From assembly GCA_946629665.1 (NCBI GenBank), contig CAMOYC010000001.1:1-58648 (forward strand): a stretch of 58,648 bases of DNA, read 5' to 3'. The stretch is from an uncultured Lachnospiraceae bacterium (GTDB lineage: Bacteria; Bacillota; Clostridia; Lachnospirales; Lachnospiraceae). The translations under genes and the position numbers were made by a program. Positions 46,738 to 57,077 of this stretch are shown piece by piece; the stretch's first letter is position 1, and each line of letters begins with the position of its first letter. Under the pieces are notes generated by a model. It worked only from the letters and a program-made list of their open reading frames with translations, searched no databases and was not told where the DNA came from.

Positions 46738-47778
46738 TTATTTGTTCCAGCAGGCTACCAGATGGTCATTGCCATGATCCTGCAGAGGAGGCATGGCTAT
46801 GGCACATTGCTCAGTTGCATAGCGGCACCTGGTCCGGAAAGGACAGCCGGTGGGCATATTCAAAGGACTGGGTACATCACCCTCTAAGATGATACGTTTG
46901 CTCTTTCTTGCTGTCTCCGGATCCGGGATGGGAACGGAAGAGAGCAGACTCAGAGTATATGGATGGATAGGATTGCCATTCAGCTCATCCGCATCTGCGA
47001 TCTCCATGAGATGTCCCAGATACATAACGGCTATCCTGTCTGAGATATGGTGGACTACCAGCAAGTCATGAGCTATGAAAAGATAGGCAACACCCAGCTT
47101 CTCCTGGAGCTCTTCAAACATGTTGATCACCTGCGCCTGAATAGAAACATCCAGGGCCGAAACCGCCTCATCACAGACAATAAACTTCGGATTCACAGCC
47201 AGAGCGCGGGCAATACCGATACGCTGACGCTGGCCGCCGGAAAACTCATGGGCATAACGCATAGCATGCTCTGCATTCAATCCGACGATATCCATGAGTT
47301 CAAGGATCCTTTCACGTCGTTCCTGTTTGGAAGAGTAAAGTTTATGGACATCCAAAGGCTCTCCGATGATATCCTCAATGGTCATTCTCGGATTGAGAGA
47401 AGAGTAGGGATCCTGGAACACCATCTGCATCTGTCTCCGATAGGGGAGCATATCTTTATAAATCTTTTTTCCGAGAACAGGTTTACCGTTTGCATCCACG
47501 ACCAGTTTACCGTTCTCATCGTATTGTTCTCCGCTGTCATAGATCACTTCGCCATCGAAGGTGATCTTTCCGCCGGTCGGTTCATAAAGTCTCAGAAGAG
47601 TACGTCCGACAGTGGTTTTTCCGCATCCGGATTCTCCGACAAGACCGAGAGTCTCGCCAGGACGAATGGTGAATGATACATCATCGACAGCTTTTAACGG
47701 TACCTTGTGAAATCCCTTCTGCACCGGGAAATACTGCTTCAGATGTTCTACTTCCAGCAGATTCTTTTTATCAGCCAT
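46738..47778 (-). CDS. oppF: Oligopeptide ABC transporter ATP-binding subunit
   Basis: [23 protein letters not shown] and [10 protein letters not shown] motifs. Start MADKK at 47778. Confidence 0.92.
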   Translation of the reverse strand: MADKKNLLEVEHLKQYFPVQKGFHKVPLKAVDDVSFTIRPGETLGLVGESGCGKTTVGRTLLRLYEPTGGKITFDGEVIYDSGEQYDENGKLVVDANGKPVLGKKIYKDMLPYRRQMQMVFQDPYSSLNPRMTIEDIIGEPLDVHKLYSSKQERRERILELMDIVGLNAEHAMRYAHEFSGGQRQRIGIARALAVNPKFIVCDEAVSALDVSIQAQVINMFEELQEKLGVAYLFIAHDLLVVHHISDRIAVMYLGHLMEIADADELNGNPIHPYTLSLLSSVPIPDPETARKSKRIILEGDVPSPLNMPTGCPFRTRCRYATEQCAIAMPPLQDHGNDHLVACWNK

Positions 47779-47779
47779 A

Positions 47780-48784
47780 TTATTTTCCCTCCTGTGCATC
47801 ATATAAATCTTTAATGTTCATCCAGCAGCTTGCCAGATGGGTTTCTCCAACCCGGTATTCCTCCGGAACCTGTGTCAGGCAGATTTTCATGGCCTTATCA
47901 CAGCGGGGGCAGAATGCGCATCCTTCCGGCATCTGCAGCAGGTTGATCGGCGTTCCTCCGATCGGAACAAGCTTCTCATTCATATTGTCCTTGCGCGGGA
48001 TGGAACGAAGGAGACCCTTCGTATATTCATGGGCAGGACGGTAGAAAATGTCATCAGCAGTTCCGCGTTCACAAACACGTCCGCCGTACATAACAAGGAT
48101 CTCGTCACACATGCTGGCGATAACACCCAGATCATGGGTAACCATGATGATCGCCATCCCCATTTTCTTCTGAAGATCCTGCATCAGTTCAAGGATCTGT
48201 GCCTGGATCGTAACATCAAGTGCGGTGGTGGGCTCGTCAGCGATCAGGATATCCGGCTCACAGCAAAGGGCCATGGCGATCATGACACGCTGTCTCATAC
48301 CGCCGGAAAGCTCATGAGGATACTGTTTTACACGGCTTTCCGGTTCGTTAACACCTACCAGTTTCAACATCTCGATGGCGTGCTCACGAGCCGCTTTCTT
48401 ATCTTTATCCGTATGCAGTGTGATCGCTTCCTCAAGCTGATAGCCGATGGTAAATACCGGATTCAGGGAAGTCATAGGATCCTGGAAGATGATGGAGATC
48501 TTCTTGCCACGGAAATTCTGCATTTCTTTTTCGCTGTACTTGGTAATGTCGTCCCCTTTAAAGAAGATGGAGCCGTCAACGATACGACCGGCTTCTGCCA
48601 GAATCTGCATGATCGAGTAGGAAGTTACGGATTTACCGGAACCGGACTCTCCAACAATACCGAGAGTCTTTCCTGCCTCAAGATCAAAAGAGATTCCGTT
48701 CACTGCTTTTACTTCACCGGAATCGGTAAAGAAAGAGGTATGAAGATTCCTAACAGATAATAATGGTGTATTTTGTTCACTCAT
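47780..48784 (-). CDS. oppD: Oligopeptide ABC transporter ATP-binding subunit
   Basis: [29 protein letters not shown] and GCAFCPRC motifs. Confidence 0.93.
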   Translation of the reverse strand: MSEQNTPLLSVRNLHTSFFTDSGEVKAVNGISFDLEAGKTLGIVGESGSGKSVTSYSIMQILAEAGRIVDGSIFFKGDDITKYSEKEMQNFRGKKISIIFQDPMTSLNPVFTIGYQLEEAITLHTDKDKKAAREHAIEMLKLVGVNEPESRVKQYPHELSGGMRQRVMIAMALCCEPDILIADEPTTALDVTIQAQILELMQDLQKKMGMAIIMVTHDLGVIASMCDEILVMYGGRVCERGTADDIFYRPAHEYTKGLLRSIPRKDNMNEKLVPIGGTPINLLQMPEGCAFCPRCDKAMKICLTQVPEEYRVGETHLASCWMNIKDLYDAQEGK

Positions 48785-48796
48785 AGTAACGCCTCC

Positions 48797-49897
48797 TTAA
48801 TTCAGCTTGGAGTCAAATGCGTCACGAAGGCCGTCACCGATCAGGTTCAGGGCAAGTACGATCAGACAGATGACAATTGCAGGGATTACCAGTCTGTGGG
48901 GGTAGGACTGAAGCGCTAAGCGGGCGTCATTCGCCAGGGAACCCAGAGAGGTAAGCGGTGCGGATACACCTAATCCCAGGAAGCTTAAGTAACTCTCAGT
49001 GAAAATAGCACTCGGAACCTGGAGGGCCGTAGTGATGATGATGACTGACAGACAGTTGGGCAGGATGTGTCGGCGGAGGATCCTTCCATCCTTGGTGCCG
49101 ATCGCCCTTGCTGCCAGAACATATTCATTATTCTTGATTGTAAGGATCTGCCCGCGGATCAGCCTGGCCATACCAACCCAGTAAAGCAGGGCAAACACGA
49201 TAAACATGGAGATCATGTTGGAACCCAGTCTGGCCAGAGGAGTACCCGCAATGACAGGTGTAAGACGTTCATTCAGAACAACCGACAACAGGATGATGAT
49301 CAGCATATCAGGAAGGGAGTAGATGATATCTACGATCCTCATCATGATCATATCCACTGTGCCGCCGAAGTATCCGGCAACAGATCCGTAGATCAGGCCG
49401 ATGATCAATACCATGATCGCTGCTACAACACCGACGGAGAGGCTGACTCTTGTACCGTAGATCACACGGATGAAATAGTCACGTCCCAGGGAATCCGTCC
49501 CGAAAATATGTGGGAAGACCTTCTCACCCGAGGAATCCATATAGCGCTGCTCCATCATGGAGTATTCAAAGGGTGCCAGGTTGCTGGCTGATTTATCTTT
49601 TACCCCGTTGACCATGATCTGCTGGGCATAACCGTAAGGACAGATATGAGGTGCTATTGTGATGATAATGATAATTGCCAGAATGACGATGATGCTGCCC
49701 ATTGCCAGAGGATTTTTTCTGAGCCGGCGCATACCGTCCTTAAAAAATGTAGTTGATTCGCCCATGACATCCTGCTGACGTTTTTCTTCGTCGGTTGCCA
49801 GGGTAAAATCTTTGCCGTTAAATTTACTTAAATCGATCTGGGAAGACAGGAACTGTCTTTTCTTCAGTTCGACCTGTTCGTTATTCATACTTTGCAT
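48797..49897 (-). CDS. oppC: Oligopeptide ABC transporter permease
   Basis: FGTDSLGRD, EYVLAARAIG and ESYLSFLGLG motifs. Confidence 0.93.
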   Translation of the reverse strand: MQSMNNEQVELKKRQFLSSQIDLSKFNGKDFTLATDEEKRQQDVMGESTTFFKDGMRRLRKNPLAMGSIIVILAIIIIITIAPHICPYGYAQQIMVNGVKDKSASNLAPFEYSMMEQRYMDSSGEKVFPHIFGTDSLGRDYFIRVIYGTRVSLSVGVVAAIMVLIIGLIYGSVAGYFGGTVDMIMMRIVDIIYSLPDMLIIILLSVVLNERLTPVIAGTPLARLGSNMISMFIVFALLYWVGMARLIRGQILTIKNNEYVLAARAIGTKDGRILRRHILPNCLSVIIITTALQVPSAIFTESYLSFLGLGVSAPLTSLGSLANDARLALQSYPHRLVIPAIVICLIVLALNLIGDGLRDAFDSKLN

Positions 49898-49948
49898 AGA
49901 TTGATATCCTTTCTTACTTGCTCTTGTTAACCGTGTCAGGCATTGATC

Positions 49949-50872
49949 CTAGTTAAAGGTGATCCTTGGATCCACGAGTTTGTAGGCAATATCTGTCAGA
50001 AGGTTGGCGATAACCATCAGGATTGCCAGGAACAGAGTAGTAGCCATGATCGTGGTATAGTCACGGTTTGTGATACTGGTTACAAAAGCGGTACCAAGGC
50101 CGCCGATCGTAAAGATATTCTCTACAACCATGGAGCCGGTAAGGATATAAGCAATCATCGGTCCCACGTAAGTGATAACCGGGATGAGTGCGTTTCTAAG
50201 TGCGTGCAGGAAGATGACCTTCATTCCGGAGACACCTTTTGCTTTTGCAGTACGAATGTAGTCCTGATTCAGGGAATCAAGCATACTGGTCTTGGTAAGT
50301 CGGGTAATGTAAGCCATCGGATAAACAGAAAGCGCTATGATCGGAAGCGTGTAATTCTGGTTGCTGGATGACCATACAGGCAGCCACTTCAGTTTCAGAC
50401 AGAAGACCAGAAGCAGCAAGGTTGCCAGCACGAAAGATGGCATCGCTGTACCCAGTGTAGTCAGGAATACGATCAGACGATCCGGCCACTTGTTACGGGT
50501 CAGAGCAGCAATACTACCGAATATGATTCCTGCAATGATCGCCAGGATTGCCGCAGCGCCGCCAAGTCTTGCGGAGATGGAAAACTTACTGGTGATATCT
50601 GTCCAGATATCACGCCCGGTCTTCAGGGAAACGCCCCAGTCTCCGTGCAGTACACCTTTCATATACAGAATGTACTGTGTACCGATCGGCTTATCAAGAT
50701 TATAACGTTCTTCCAGAACTTTCTGGACTGCCGGGTCAGTCGCCTTTTCTTTGTTGAAGGGTCCGCCCGGGATCAATTCCATTACGAAAAAGGTAATGGC
50801 GCTGACAATGATGATTGATACAATCGCCAGCAGAATACGTTTCGCAACATATCTACCCATGTTTCTTTTCAC
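49949..50872 (-). CDS. oppB: Oligopeptide ABC transporter permease
   Basis: IPGGPF, DYIRTAKAKG and HALRNALIP motifs. GTG start at 50872 or ATG at 50860. Confidence 0.93.
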   Translation of the reverse strand: MKRNMGRYVAKRILLAIVSIIIVSAITFFVMELIPGGPFNKEKATDPAVQKVLEERYNLDKPIGTQYILYMKGVLHGDWGVSLKTGRDIWTDITSKFSISARLGGAAAILAIIAGIIFGSIAALTRNKWPDRLIVFLTTLGTAMPSFVLATLLLLVFCLKLKWLPVWSSSNQNYTLPIIALSVYPMAYITRLTKTSMLDSLNQDYIRTAKAKGVSGMKVIFLHALRNALIPVITYVGPMIAYILTGSMVVENIFTIGGLGTAFVTSITNRDYTTIMATTLFLAILMVIANLLTDIAYKLVDPRITFN

Positions 50873-51029
50873 CTCTCCTGTAGATTCTTTATTCTGTGTA
50901 ACATGTGCATATCAAAGAAGTAGTCATTAAAAAAGCATACCGACATCCTCCCTCAGCAGGATAAGGTAAAGAGTCCGCATACTTTAAATATTTGTGTAGT
51001 ATTCCTTTCATATTACAATGTTCTTTCAT

Positions 51030-51058
51030 ATTATACTGTAATTTACCTATACAGTCAA
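51030..51058 (-). promoter_or_regulatory. sigmaA promoter of the opp operon
   Basis: Minus strand reads TTGACT-17 bp-TATAAT. Confidence 0.8.
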
Positions 51059-51144
51059 TCGAACACTTGGAGTATTCCCTATATTATTTAGCAGAAATCA
51101 CGTAATAAAATGGTATATTTAAATCAAAATAGTATATTTTGAAT

Positions 51145-51178
51145 AAAAAAGAGGATTGGCGATCAGGCCAATCCTCTT
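51145..51178 (-). terminator. Intrinsic terminator overlapping the end of the sulfonate-type permease gene
   Basis: AAGAGGATTGGC-N6-GCCAATCCTCTT with a U tract on the minus strand. Confidence 0.75.
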
Positions 51179-51972
51179 GTCTTCTGTATCTTATGTTCTA
51201 TATTTGCAAATATGAGCTGGTCGATCAGGATCCCGACGATCACGATCACGATCATCACCAGCATTACCTGGTTGATATCTGCCAGATTACGGCCTGTGAT
51301 CAGCGTCTGACCAAGACCGATCGAGGTAGTCATTACTTCACCGCTCATCAGGGCACGCCATGCGAAAGACCAGCCCTGTTTCATACCGGAGATCAGTTCG
51401 GGCAATGCTGCCGGGAATATGATCCTGCGGTACATCTGCCTTTTGGAGGCGCCCATGGTAAGGCCGGCCTTAATATAGATCGGAGGAACATTAGAGATAG
51501 CTCCGTCGACAGCGATTGCGATACTGAATGCTGACCCCATGATGACCACGAAGATGATCGCAGTCTGCGAAAGCCCGAACCAGAGGATGGAAAAGGGCAC
51601 CCAGCAGATGCTGGGAAGTGTCTGGATCCCCATGATCAGCGGTCTTAAGTTCCTGTGCAGGAAAGGGAAATGATTGATCAGGATCCCTACGATCCCGCCG
51701 ATGACCAGAGAGATCAGGTAGCCGATCCCTCCTCGTAGGAGGCTTCTTCCGGTTGCTTCCGCCAAAGATCCGTCCATGATCATTTTATAAAAGGACTGGA
51801 AGACACCGGAAGGAGAGGGCATGGAGTAGGATTTCCATATGCCCAACTGGTCCACTCCCACAAAATAGACCAGCTGCCATAGTAGGATGACGCCAAAGAG
51901 GAAAAGGACCTCCTCCAGCGCAGACCCCCTGAGCCGGCCTTTTTTATTATCCGTCGTTCTATCTGTCTGCAT
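51163..51972 (-). CDS. Nitrate/sulfonate/taurine-type ABC permease (SsuC/TauC-like)
   Basis: PSPSGV, QTLPSICWVP..ILWFG and PAALP.LISG.K.GWSFAWRALM motifs. Start MQTDR at 51972. Confidence 0.88.
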   Translation of the reverse strand: MQTDRTTDNKKGRLRGSALEEVLFLFGVILLWQLVYFVGVDQLGIWKSYSMPSPSGVFQSFYKMIMDGSLAEATGRSLLRGGIGYLISLVIGGIVGILINHFPFLHRNLRPLIMGIQTLPSICWVPFSILWFGLSQTAIIFVVIMGSAFSIAIAVDGAISNVPPIYIKAGLTMGASKRQMYRRIIFPAALPELISGMKQGWSFAWRALMSGEVMTTSIGLGQTLITGRNLADINQVMLVMIVIVIVGILIDQLIFANIEHKIQKTRGLA

Positions 51973-52711
51973 GAGTTTCCTCCCCCTGTATCTGATCCAA
52001 TAAATGTCTGCGGTAATCGATAAATTTCTCGTCATATACATGTCTTGGCCGGTCAAGATCGACCGATATCACATTCTGAATGGTTCCGCCCTCGGCCATG
52101 ACAACGACCCGGTCACCCAGGTAGATCGCTTCCTCCACACTGTGGGTGATGAAGAAAATGGTCTGGTGAGTTTCCATCCAGATCTGCTGTAATTCTTTTC
52201 GCAGACGGTTGGAAGTCTGTTTGTCAAGAGCGGAGAAAGGCTCGTCCATCAGAAGGACTTTCGAGTCCATGGTAAAAGCCCTCGCGAGGGCAACACGCTG
52301 CTTCATACCCCCGGAAAGCTGGTGAATCGCGTAGTGATGATAAGATTCCAATCCCATCATCTTCAGATATTTTTCCGCCCGGGCCATCTGTTCTTCCTTC
52401 GGCACGGAAGCCAGCTCCATACCGAAAGTGACGTTGTCGATCACGTTCAACCAGGGGAAAAGAGCATGTTCCTGGAACATTACGATCCGGTCAGGCCCCG
52501 GACCGGTGACTGGCTGACCATCCAGGATGATCTGGCCGGAAGTAGGTTTCAGCAGGCCGGCGATCAGGTTTAAAAGGGTACTTTTGCCGCATCCGCTCTT
52601 GCCGACACAGCAGATGAATTCGCCTTTTTCGATCTTGAGATTGATATCATTGATCGTTGCCTGTTTTGTATCAGAAAATGTTTTGTTCACACCGATCAGT
52701 TCAAGTGACAT
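51959..52711 (-). CDS. Nitrate/sulfonate/taurine-type ABC ATPase (SsuB/TauB-like)
   Basis: GKSGCGKST, FQEHALFPW, LSGGMKQR and MDEPFSALD motifs. Confidence 0.9.
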   Translation of the reverse strand: MSLELIGVNKTFSDTKQATINDINLKIEKGEFICCVGKSGCGKSTLLNLIAGLLKPTSGQIILDGQPVTGPGPDRIVMFQEHALFPWLNVIDNVTFGMELASVPKEEQMARAEKYLKMMGLESYHHYAIHQLSGGMKQRVALARAFTMDSKVLLMDEPFSALDKQTSNRLRKELQQIWMETHQTIFFITHSVEEAIYLGDRVVVMAEGGTIQNVISVDLDRPRHVYDEKFIDYRRHLLDQIQGEETHADR

Positions 52712-52727
52712 TTTTTAAGATCCTTTC

Positions 52728-53720
52728 TCATTTCACTTCCGTAATGATGTTTTCCGGAAGCTTGTCAATAAATTTCTGGTCCAGAGAAATCTGAGCAAAA
52801 TCATCGATCGCATCAGGATTCACCTCGTCGGTGATCGTCAGCTTGGAGAAAGCGGAAGTAAGAATATCCGGTTCCAGGGATTTACCGGTAGCGGCGTTGA
52901 TCTCAGCATTGATCACCCCGGCTGCCCCCTCAATATCCTCGTTGATCTGGGTCGTAGCATTCTGGTGGGCTTCCAGGAAGACTTTCACATAATCAGGATG
53001 CTCCTCCAGAAATTCGTTTCTGACAACAACAACGGCAACCGGATAGTTTCCTTCTAGATAGAGCTTATCATAATCAAGCACGATCTCGGCACCGGCTTTT
53101 ACCAAGGTTGACCCCCAGGGTTCCGGAACAACGGCAGCATCGATGTTTCCATTCTCCATCATATTGAGCACATCTGCGTTCTCGACAGCGGTAACCGTCA
53201 CATCACCCCCGTTTTCTACTGTATCAAGTCCGTTTTCCTTCATCAGCTGAAGCAGGCAGAGATGCTGGGTGTTTCCAATCTGAGGGATCGCAACCGTCTT
53301 GCCGGCAAGATCTTTGATCGATGTGATCTTAGCACCCTTTGCCCGAATCAGTTCCGCACCCGCCATGGATGCGCCGGAGATGATGGACACGTCGCCGTCA
53401 GACTTTACGTTCGCGCTGATGGCCGGAACCGGTCCGATATAACCGATATCAATATCACCTGCGAAGAGGGCCTCAACTTCTGCGGGACCTGCATTAAAAC
53501 CGGTCCATGTAACCGTTACGTCATCCCCATAAGCATTGTCAAGAACGCCTTCGGCCTTCATCAAAAGAGCCTGGGCATGGGTTACATTGTTAAAATAACC
53601 GATATGAACTTCCTTGCTGTCGGAAGCTTTTCCGGATCCACAGCCGGAAAGGCCTGCCAGGCAGACGATTCCAAGAAGACCTGCAGCGAAACATTTCATG
53701 AAACGATTTCTTAATCTCAT
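52728..53720 (-). CDS. Aliphatic-sulfonate-type ABC substrate-binding lipoprotein (SsuA-like)
   Basis: Lipobox LSGC, IGYFNNVTHA, FNAGP..VEAL.AG.IDIGYIGP and VPEPW motifs. Confidence 0.85.
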   Translation of the reverse strand: MRLRNRFMKCFAAGLLGIVCLAGLSGCGSGKASDSKEVHIGYFNNVTHAQALLMKAEGVLDNAYGDDVTVTWTGFNAGPAEVEALFAGDIDIGYIGPVPAISANVKSDGDVSIISGASMAGAELIRAKGAKITSIKDLAGKTVAIPQIGNTQHLCLLQLMKENGLDTVENGGDVTVTAVENADVLNMMENGNIDAAVVPEPWGSTLVKAGAEIVLDYDKLYLEGNYPVAVVVVRNEFLEEHPDYVKVFLEAHQNATTQINEDIEGAAGVINAEINAATGKSLEPDILTSAFSKLTITDEVNPDAIDDFAQISLDQKFIDKLPENIITEVK

Positions 53721-53810
53721 AGTATAATCCTTTCCATCATAATAAACAGCATAAAAAACAGTTTGTTCATATTAATAATAATAAAAAATACTTGAAAACA
53801 CAAAGAAAAT

Positions 53811-53913
53811 AATGCAAACGTTTACATTAATAATTTACTTAAAAATATACCGGAATTGTGATATACTAATATAAAATTATATTAAAAGCTATTAATTCAT
53901 GTAAACGATTACA
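53811..53913. promoter_or_regulatory. Two LacI-family/cre-like operators in the divergent ssuA-like/lacI intergenic region
   Basis: AATGCAAACGTTTACATT (53811-53828) and TGTAAACGATTACA (53900-53913) are CG-centred palindromes of LacI-operator type. Confidence 0.7.
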
Positions 53914-53935
53914 GTTGATTATACAGGAGGAGATC

Positions 53936-54973
53936 ATGTCATTGAAAAGAATTGCCGACATGGCCGGCACTTCGGTTGCAACGGTTTCCAGAGTTCTGAA
54001 TCAGCCGGAATACCACTGTAGGGATAAAGCTCTGGAAAACAGGATCTGGCAGGCAGTCAGAGAAATCAGCTATACCCCCAACAATGCAGCCAGAATGCTC
54101 AAGAAAGGAAATGAAAAGGATAAAGAACAGGATTCTCTCTGTTTCGATGTCTTTTTGACAAGATCGATGCATATCAGCCAGGACCTCTTTTTCTCCGAGA
54201 TCTATGATGAATTAAAAAAGGAGATGGTAAAAGAACATGTGATTCCCGGCAGGATCCTGACTCTGCTGGAAATGACAGAAATCCTGGAAATGCCGGAGGA
54301 GGGAAGATTTGCTTCGCGGAGGGAGAAACACCATGCGGATGGGCTAATCCTCCTGGGGAAATGTCCGGAGGCCCTGATCGATCCTCTAAAACAAAAATAC
54401 GGGAACCTGGTGGGAATCGACAGAAATCCGACAAATTTTGCCTACGATGAAGTGATCTGCAATGGAGAGGAGGCCTCGGTAAAAGCCATGAATTATCTGA
54501 TTGGCCTTGGCCACAGGAAGATCGCCTACATCGGAGACTGTTCCTACGAAGCCCGCTATATCGGATATTACCAGACCCTCCATGCCCACAGGATCCCTCT
54601 GGATTACCATAATATCTATCCTACCGGTCAGACCAGACAGGAAGGAGAGGAGAGTATGGAAGCTATCCTGGCAGGAAAAAATAAACCGACCGCCATATTC
54701 TGTGCGAATGACAGTACGGCGATCGGTGTCCTGGCTGCCCTGAAACGGTCAAGGCAGCGTAAATATATGCCTTCTGTAATCTCCATGGATAATGTGAAGG
54801 AGGCGGCTAAAACAGTGCCGGCTCTCACAACGGTAGACATTCCGAAGAACGGGCTGGCCCACCAGGCCGTCCGGCTGATTCTGGACCGGGCAAAAGGAGG
54901 CCATCAGGAAAGTATCCGGGTTGAGCTTCCCTCAAGACTGATTGAAAGAGAGAGTTGTTACCTTTGCATTTAA
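53936..54973 (+). CDS. LacI-family transcriptional regulator
   Basis: MSLKRIADMAGTSVATVSRVLN HTH, YTPN..A..L hinge, PTAIFCAND and PALTTV motifs. AGGAGG RBS. Confidence 0.93.
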   Translation: MSLKRIADMAGTSVATVSRVLNQPEYHCRDKALENRIWQAVREISYTPNNAARMLKKGNEKDKEQDSLCFDVFLTRSMHISQDLFFSEIYDELKKEMVKEHVIPGRILTLLEMTEILEMPEEGRFASRREKHHADGLILLGKCPEALIDPLKQKYGNLVGIDRNPTNFAYDEVICNGEEASVKAMNYLIGLGHRKIAYIGDCSYEARYIGYYQTLHAHRIPLDYHNIYPTGQTRQEGEESMEAILAGKNKPTAIFCANDSTAIGVLAALKRSRQRKYMPSVISMDNVKEAAKTVPALTTVDIPKNGLAHQAVRLILDRAKGGHQESIRVELPSRLIERESCYLCI

Positions 54974-54982
54974 AAGAAAATG

Positions 54983-55750
54983 CTACTGCTTATCCGCAGA
55001 GATTTTCTTCACTTTACCGGCTGGCATCTTACACTTGATGTATCCGCCTGCGGTGGAGGTGCCGGGCCAGCAATAGGTATAGTGTCTTGAAGTGCAGGGA
55101 ATCATATATTTGATCACTTTGTTGAGCTTTTCTTCTTTGATCCTCAGGTTGCCCATATGATTTTCCTGGGCGGAATCCCCGATGATGGCAATCCCGTCCC
55201 GCTTAAGTCCAAGGAGGATCATGGAATGGTGCTTATGGGTCCACAGGTCTTCCTTGCCGGATTTCACGGTGACTACTACCTGGCCTCCCTTTTTCAGCCA
55301 ATCCTTGATATCTTCCCGGGCCCGGGCTTTGGAGAACCTGGGAATAAAGCGGGAGTAAAGGTGGTATTTTTTTAATATTTTATGCATGCCGTAAAGTTTG
55401 ATTGGCATGGAAGTAGCCCGTCTGCCAAGTTTCCGGGGAATCAGTTTTTTATGGACATAGGCGGGCGTAAAACGGTAACCCTTATAACTGTTCAGCAAAG
55501 TAGTCAGGATGCATGTGGTACATCCGTGATCCCGCAGAAAGGTATAATCCTCTTTCTGTCCGGTCTGCTTGTAGATCAAAAATGTTCTTTGCCTGTCATT
55601 TACGGTAAGCTTGATCCTGCATGTCAGGCCGGAAATATTCTTTATGGAGTCCACGCTGGCATACCCTTTCCCTGCAGCGAAAGCCTGTCTTGCCGGACTC
55701 AAAAGACTAAGAACCAGAATAAGAAGGACAAATGATCGAATTCTCTTCAT
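54983..55750 (-). CDS. Exported, strongly basic protein with papain/C39-like peptidase motifs
   Basis: Signal peptide (..QAFA), then YKQ..HGCTTC, HHSMILLG and IIGDS, giving the Q-C-H-D order of C39-like proteins. Very K/R-rich. Confidence 0.55.
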   Translation of the reverse strand: MKRIRSFVLLILVLSLLSPARQAFAAGKGYASVDSIKNISGLTCRIKLTVNDRQRTFLIYKQTGQKEDYTFLRDHGCTTCILTTLLNSYKGYRFTPAYVHKKLIPRKLGRRATSMPIKLYGMHKILKKYHLYSRFIPRFSKARAREDIKDWLKKGGQVVVTVKSGKEDLWTHKHHSMILLGLKRDGIAIIGDSAQENHMGNLRIKEEKLNKVIKYMIPCTSRHYTYCWPGTSTAGGYIKCKMPAGKVKKISADKQ

Positions 55751-55774
55751 GAAACAGCTCCTTATCATTAACTT

Positions 55775-55814
55775 AAAAAGAATGCAGCTTTCACAACCAG
55801 AATGAAAGCTGCAT
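55775..55814 (-). terminator. Intrinsic terminator after the MtnK-like gene
   Basis: ATGCAGCTTTCA-N9-TGAAAGCTGCAT with a U tract on the minus strand. Confidence 0.7.
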
Positions 55815-55829
55815 CTGTTATGGCCTTAT

Positions 55830-57077
55830 TTAGTTCATAATGATCAGAGGAAGGAAGGTCTTCTCAAAATGGATGATCATGTCAATCATATCATCCACCG
55901 TCTCAAAGGTCTTTCTGGAGAGGATCATCTGGTGGTCCATCAGTACTGCCATGGCCATGGCGGTCTTCCTGAGCTCAGGATCTTCGATATTCATGTATTC
56001 CGGAAGACCAAAGATGTCTGTGGTGCGACACCAGTTAGTGATCGCCGTGTAGCCGGCAGCGTCCTGTAACACATCTCTGAGGATCAGCTGCAGGAATCCA
56101 TCCTGGTTCTTATATTCTTCCTTGGCATCCTTGTTCCAGCAGTCCGTGAAAGTCTTGTTATACTTGTCGAACAGCATCTTGATGGTGGAAAGAAGATAAG
56201 CTTTGCACTGGGTCCTGTCCTCCTCGGTAGGATAGGGCTTGAAGCAGGCTGCACAGTAGGCAGCGATCAGTGAACCTGTAAAATATCCCAGGTCATAGCC
56301 GAAAGGCCCCATGAAAGAAAATTCAAAATCAAGCATCTTGATGCCGTCATCAGAAAGAAATACGTTGGAGGTATGGAAGTCACTGTGGATCAGACAGTCC
56401 GAATGGGTCATAAAGGTTCTTCGCAATTCCAGACGGTTGGTCTGGCAGGAAGGGTCATCACTGACCGCACGGAACCGTTCCCAGTTACCGTATTCATCCG
56501 GGTCAAGATCCGCGCCGAAGCGGGTGAGGAAGATGCCATCCTCCATGATCTGACGCAGCTCTGTGTTCTCAAATGCGGATTGCATTTTTCTGAACTCGGA
56601 CCGGGGCAGATAGTATTCCGAAGTATAGAAAGAGGATCGGGCAAGAAATCTGCCTGTCTCGGGACCCAGCTCCGGAATCTGATTCTCCTTGATCAGCTGG
56701 AAACGGACAGCCTTCAGATTCTCGATAAACTCCATCATGAAAACATGGTTTTCCGGATCTTCAAATACAATATAAGGCACATATTCAGGAACGATCTTTT
56801 CAAGGATCTTTAAGGTCTTTACCTCAATATTGTTGCGGTAAGCTGCCACGGTTCTCTTGGAGTGCAGGTTTCTGGGATCTTCCAGTCCCTGTTTTAAAAC
56901 AAAATTGCCGGAAGGACTGAGGATCTTGAAGACATAATTAATATGTCCGTCCCCTTCCCCTTCATCCGCCTGAGGATCTTCCCCCATGATGGTTACGGTA
57001 GCCGGCTTCGTATCATCGAAAGCAGGATAATGTTCTTTGATATAGGGTATAATGTTATCTTTTGTGATGATGATCAT
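55830..57077 (-). CDS. Methylthioribose-kinase (MtnK)-like phosphotransferase
   Basis: GDGHINYVF, VLKQ, LIHSDFHTSN and DFEFSFMGPFGYDLG align with MtnK motifs GDGNLNxVF, HGDLH and DPEFAFYGP. Confidence 0.75.
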   Translation of the reverse strand: MIIITKDNIIPYIKEHYPAFDDTKPATVTIMGEDPQADEGEGDGHINYVFKILSPSGNFVLKQGLEDPRNLHSKRTVAAYRNNIEVKTLKILEKIVPEYVPYIVFEDPENHVFMMEFIENLKAVRFQLIKENQIPELGPETGRFLARSSFYTSEYYLPRSEFRKMQSAFENTELRQIMEDGIFLTRFGADLDPDEYGNWERFRAVSDDPSCQTNRLELRRTFMTHSDCLIHSDFHTSNVFLSDDGIKMLDFEFSFMGPFGYDLGYFTGSLIAAYCAACFKPYPTEEDRTQCKAYLLSTIKMLFDKYNKTFTDCWNKDAKEEYKNQDGFLQLILRDVLQDAAGYTAITNWCRTTDIFGLPEYMNIEDPELRKTAMAMAVLMDHQMILSRKTFETVDDMIDMIIHFEKTFLPLIIMN

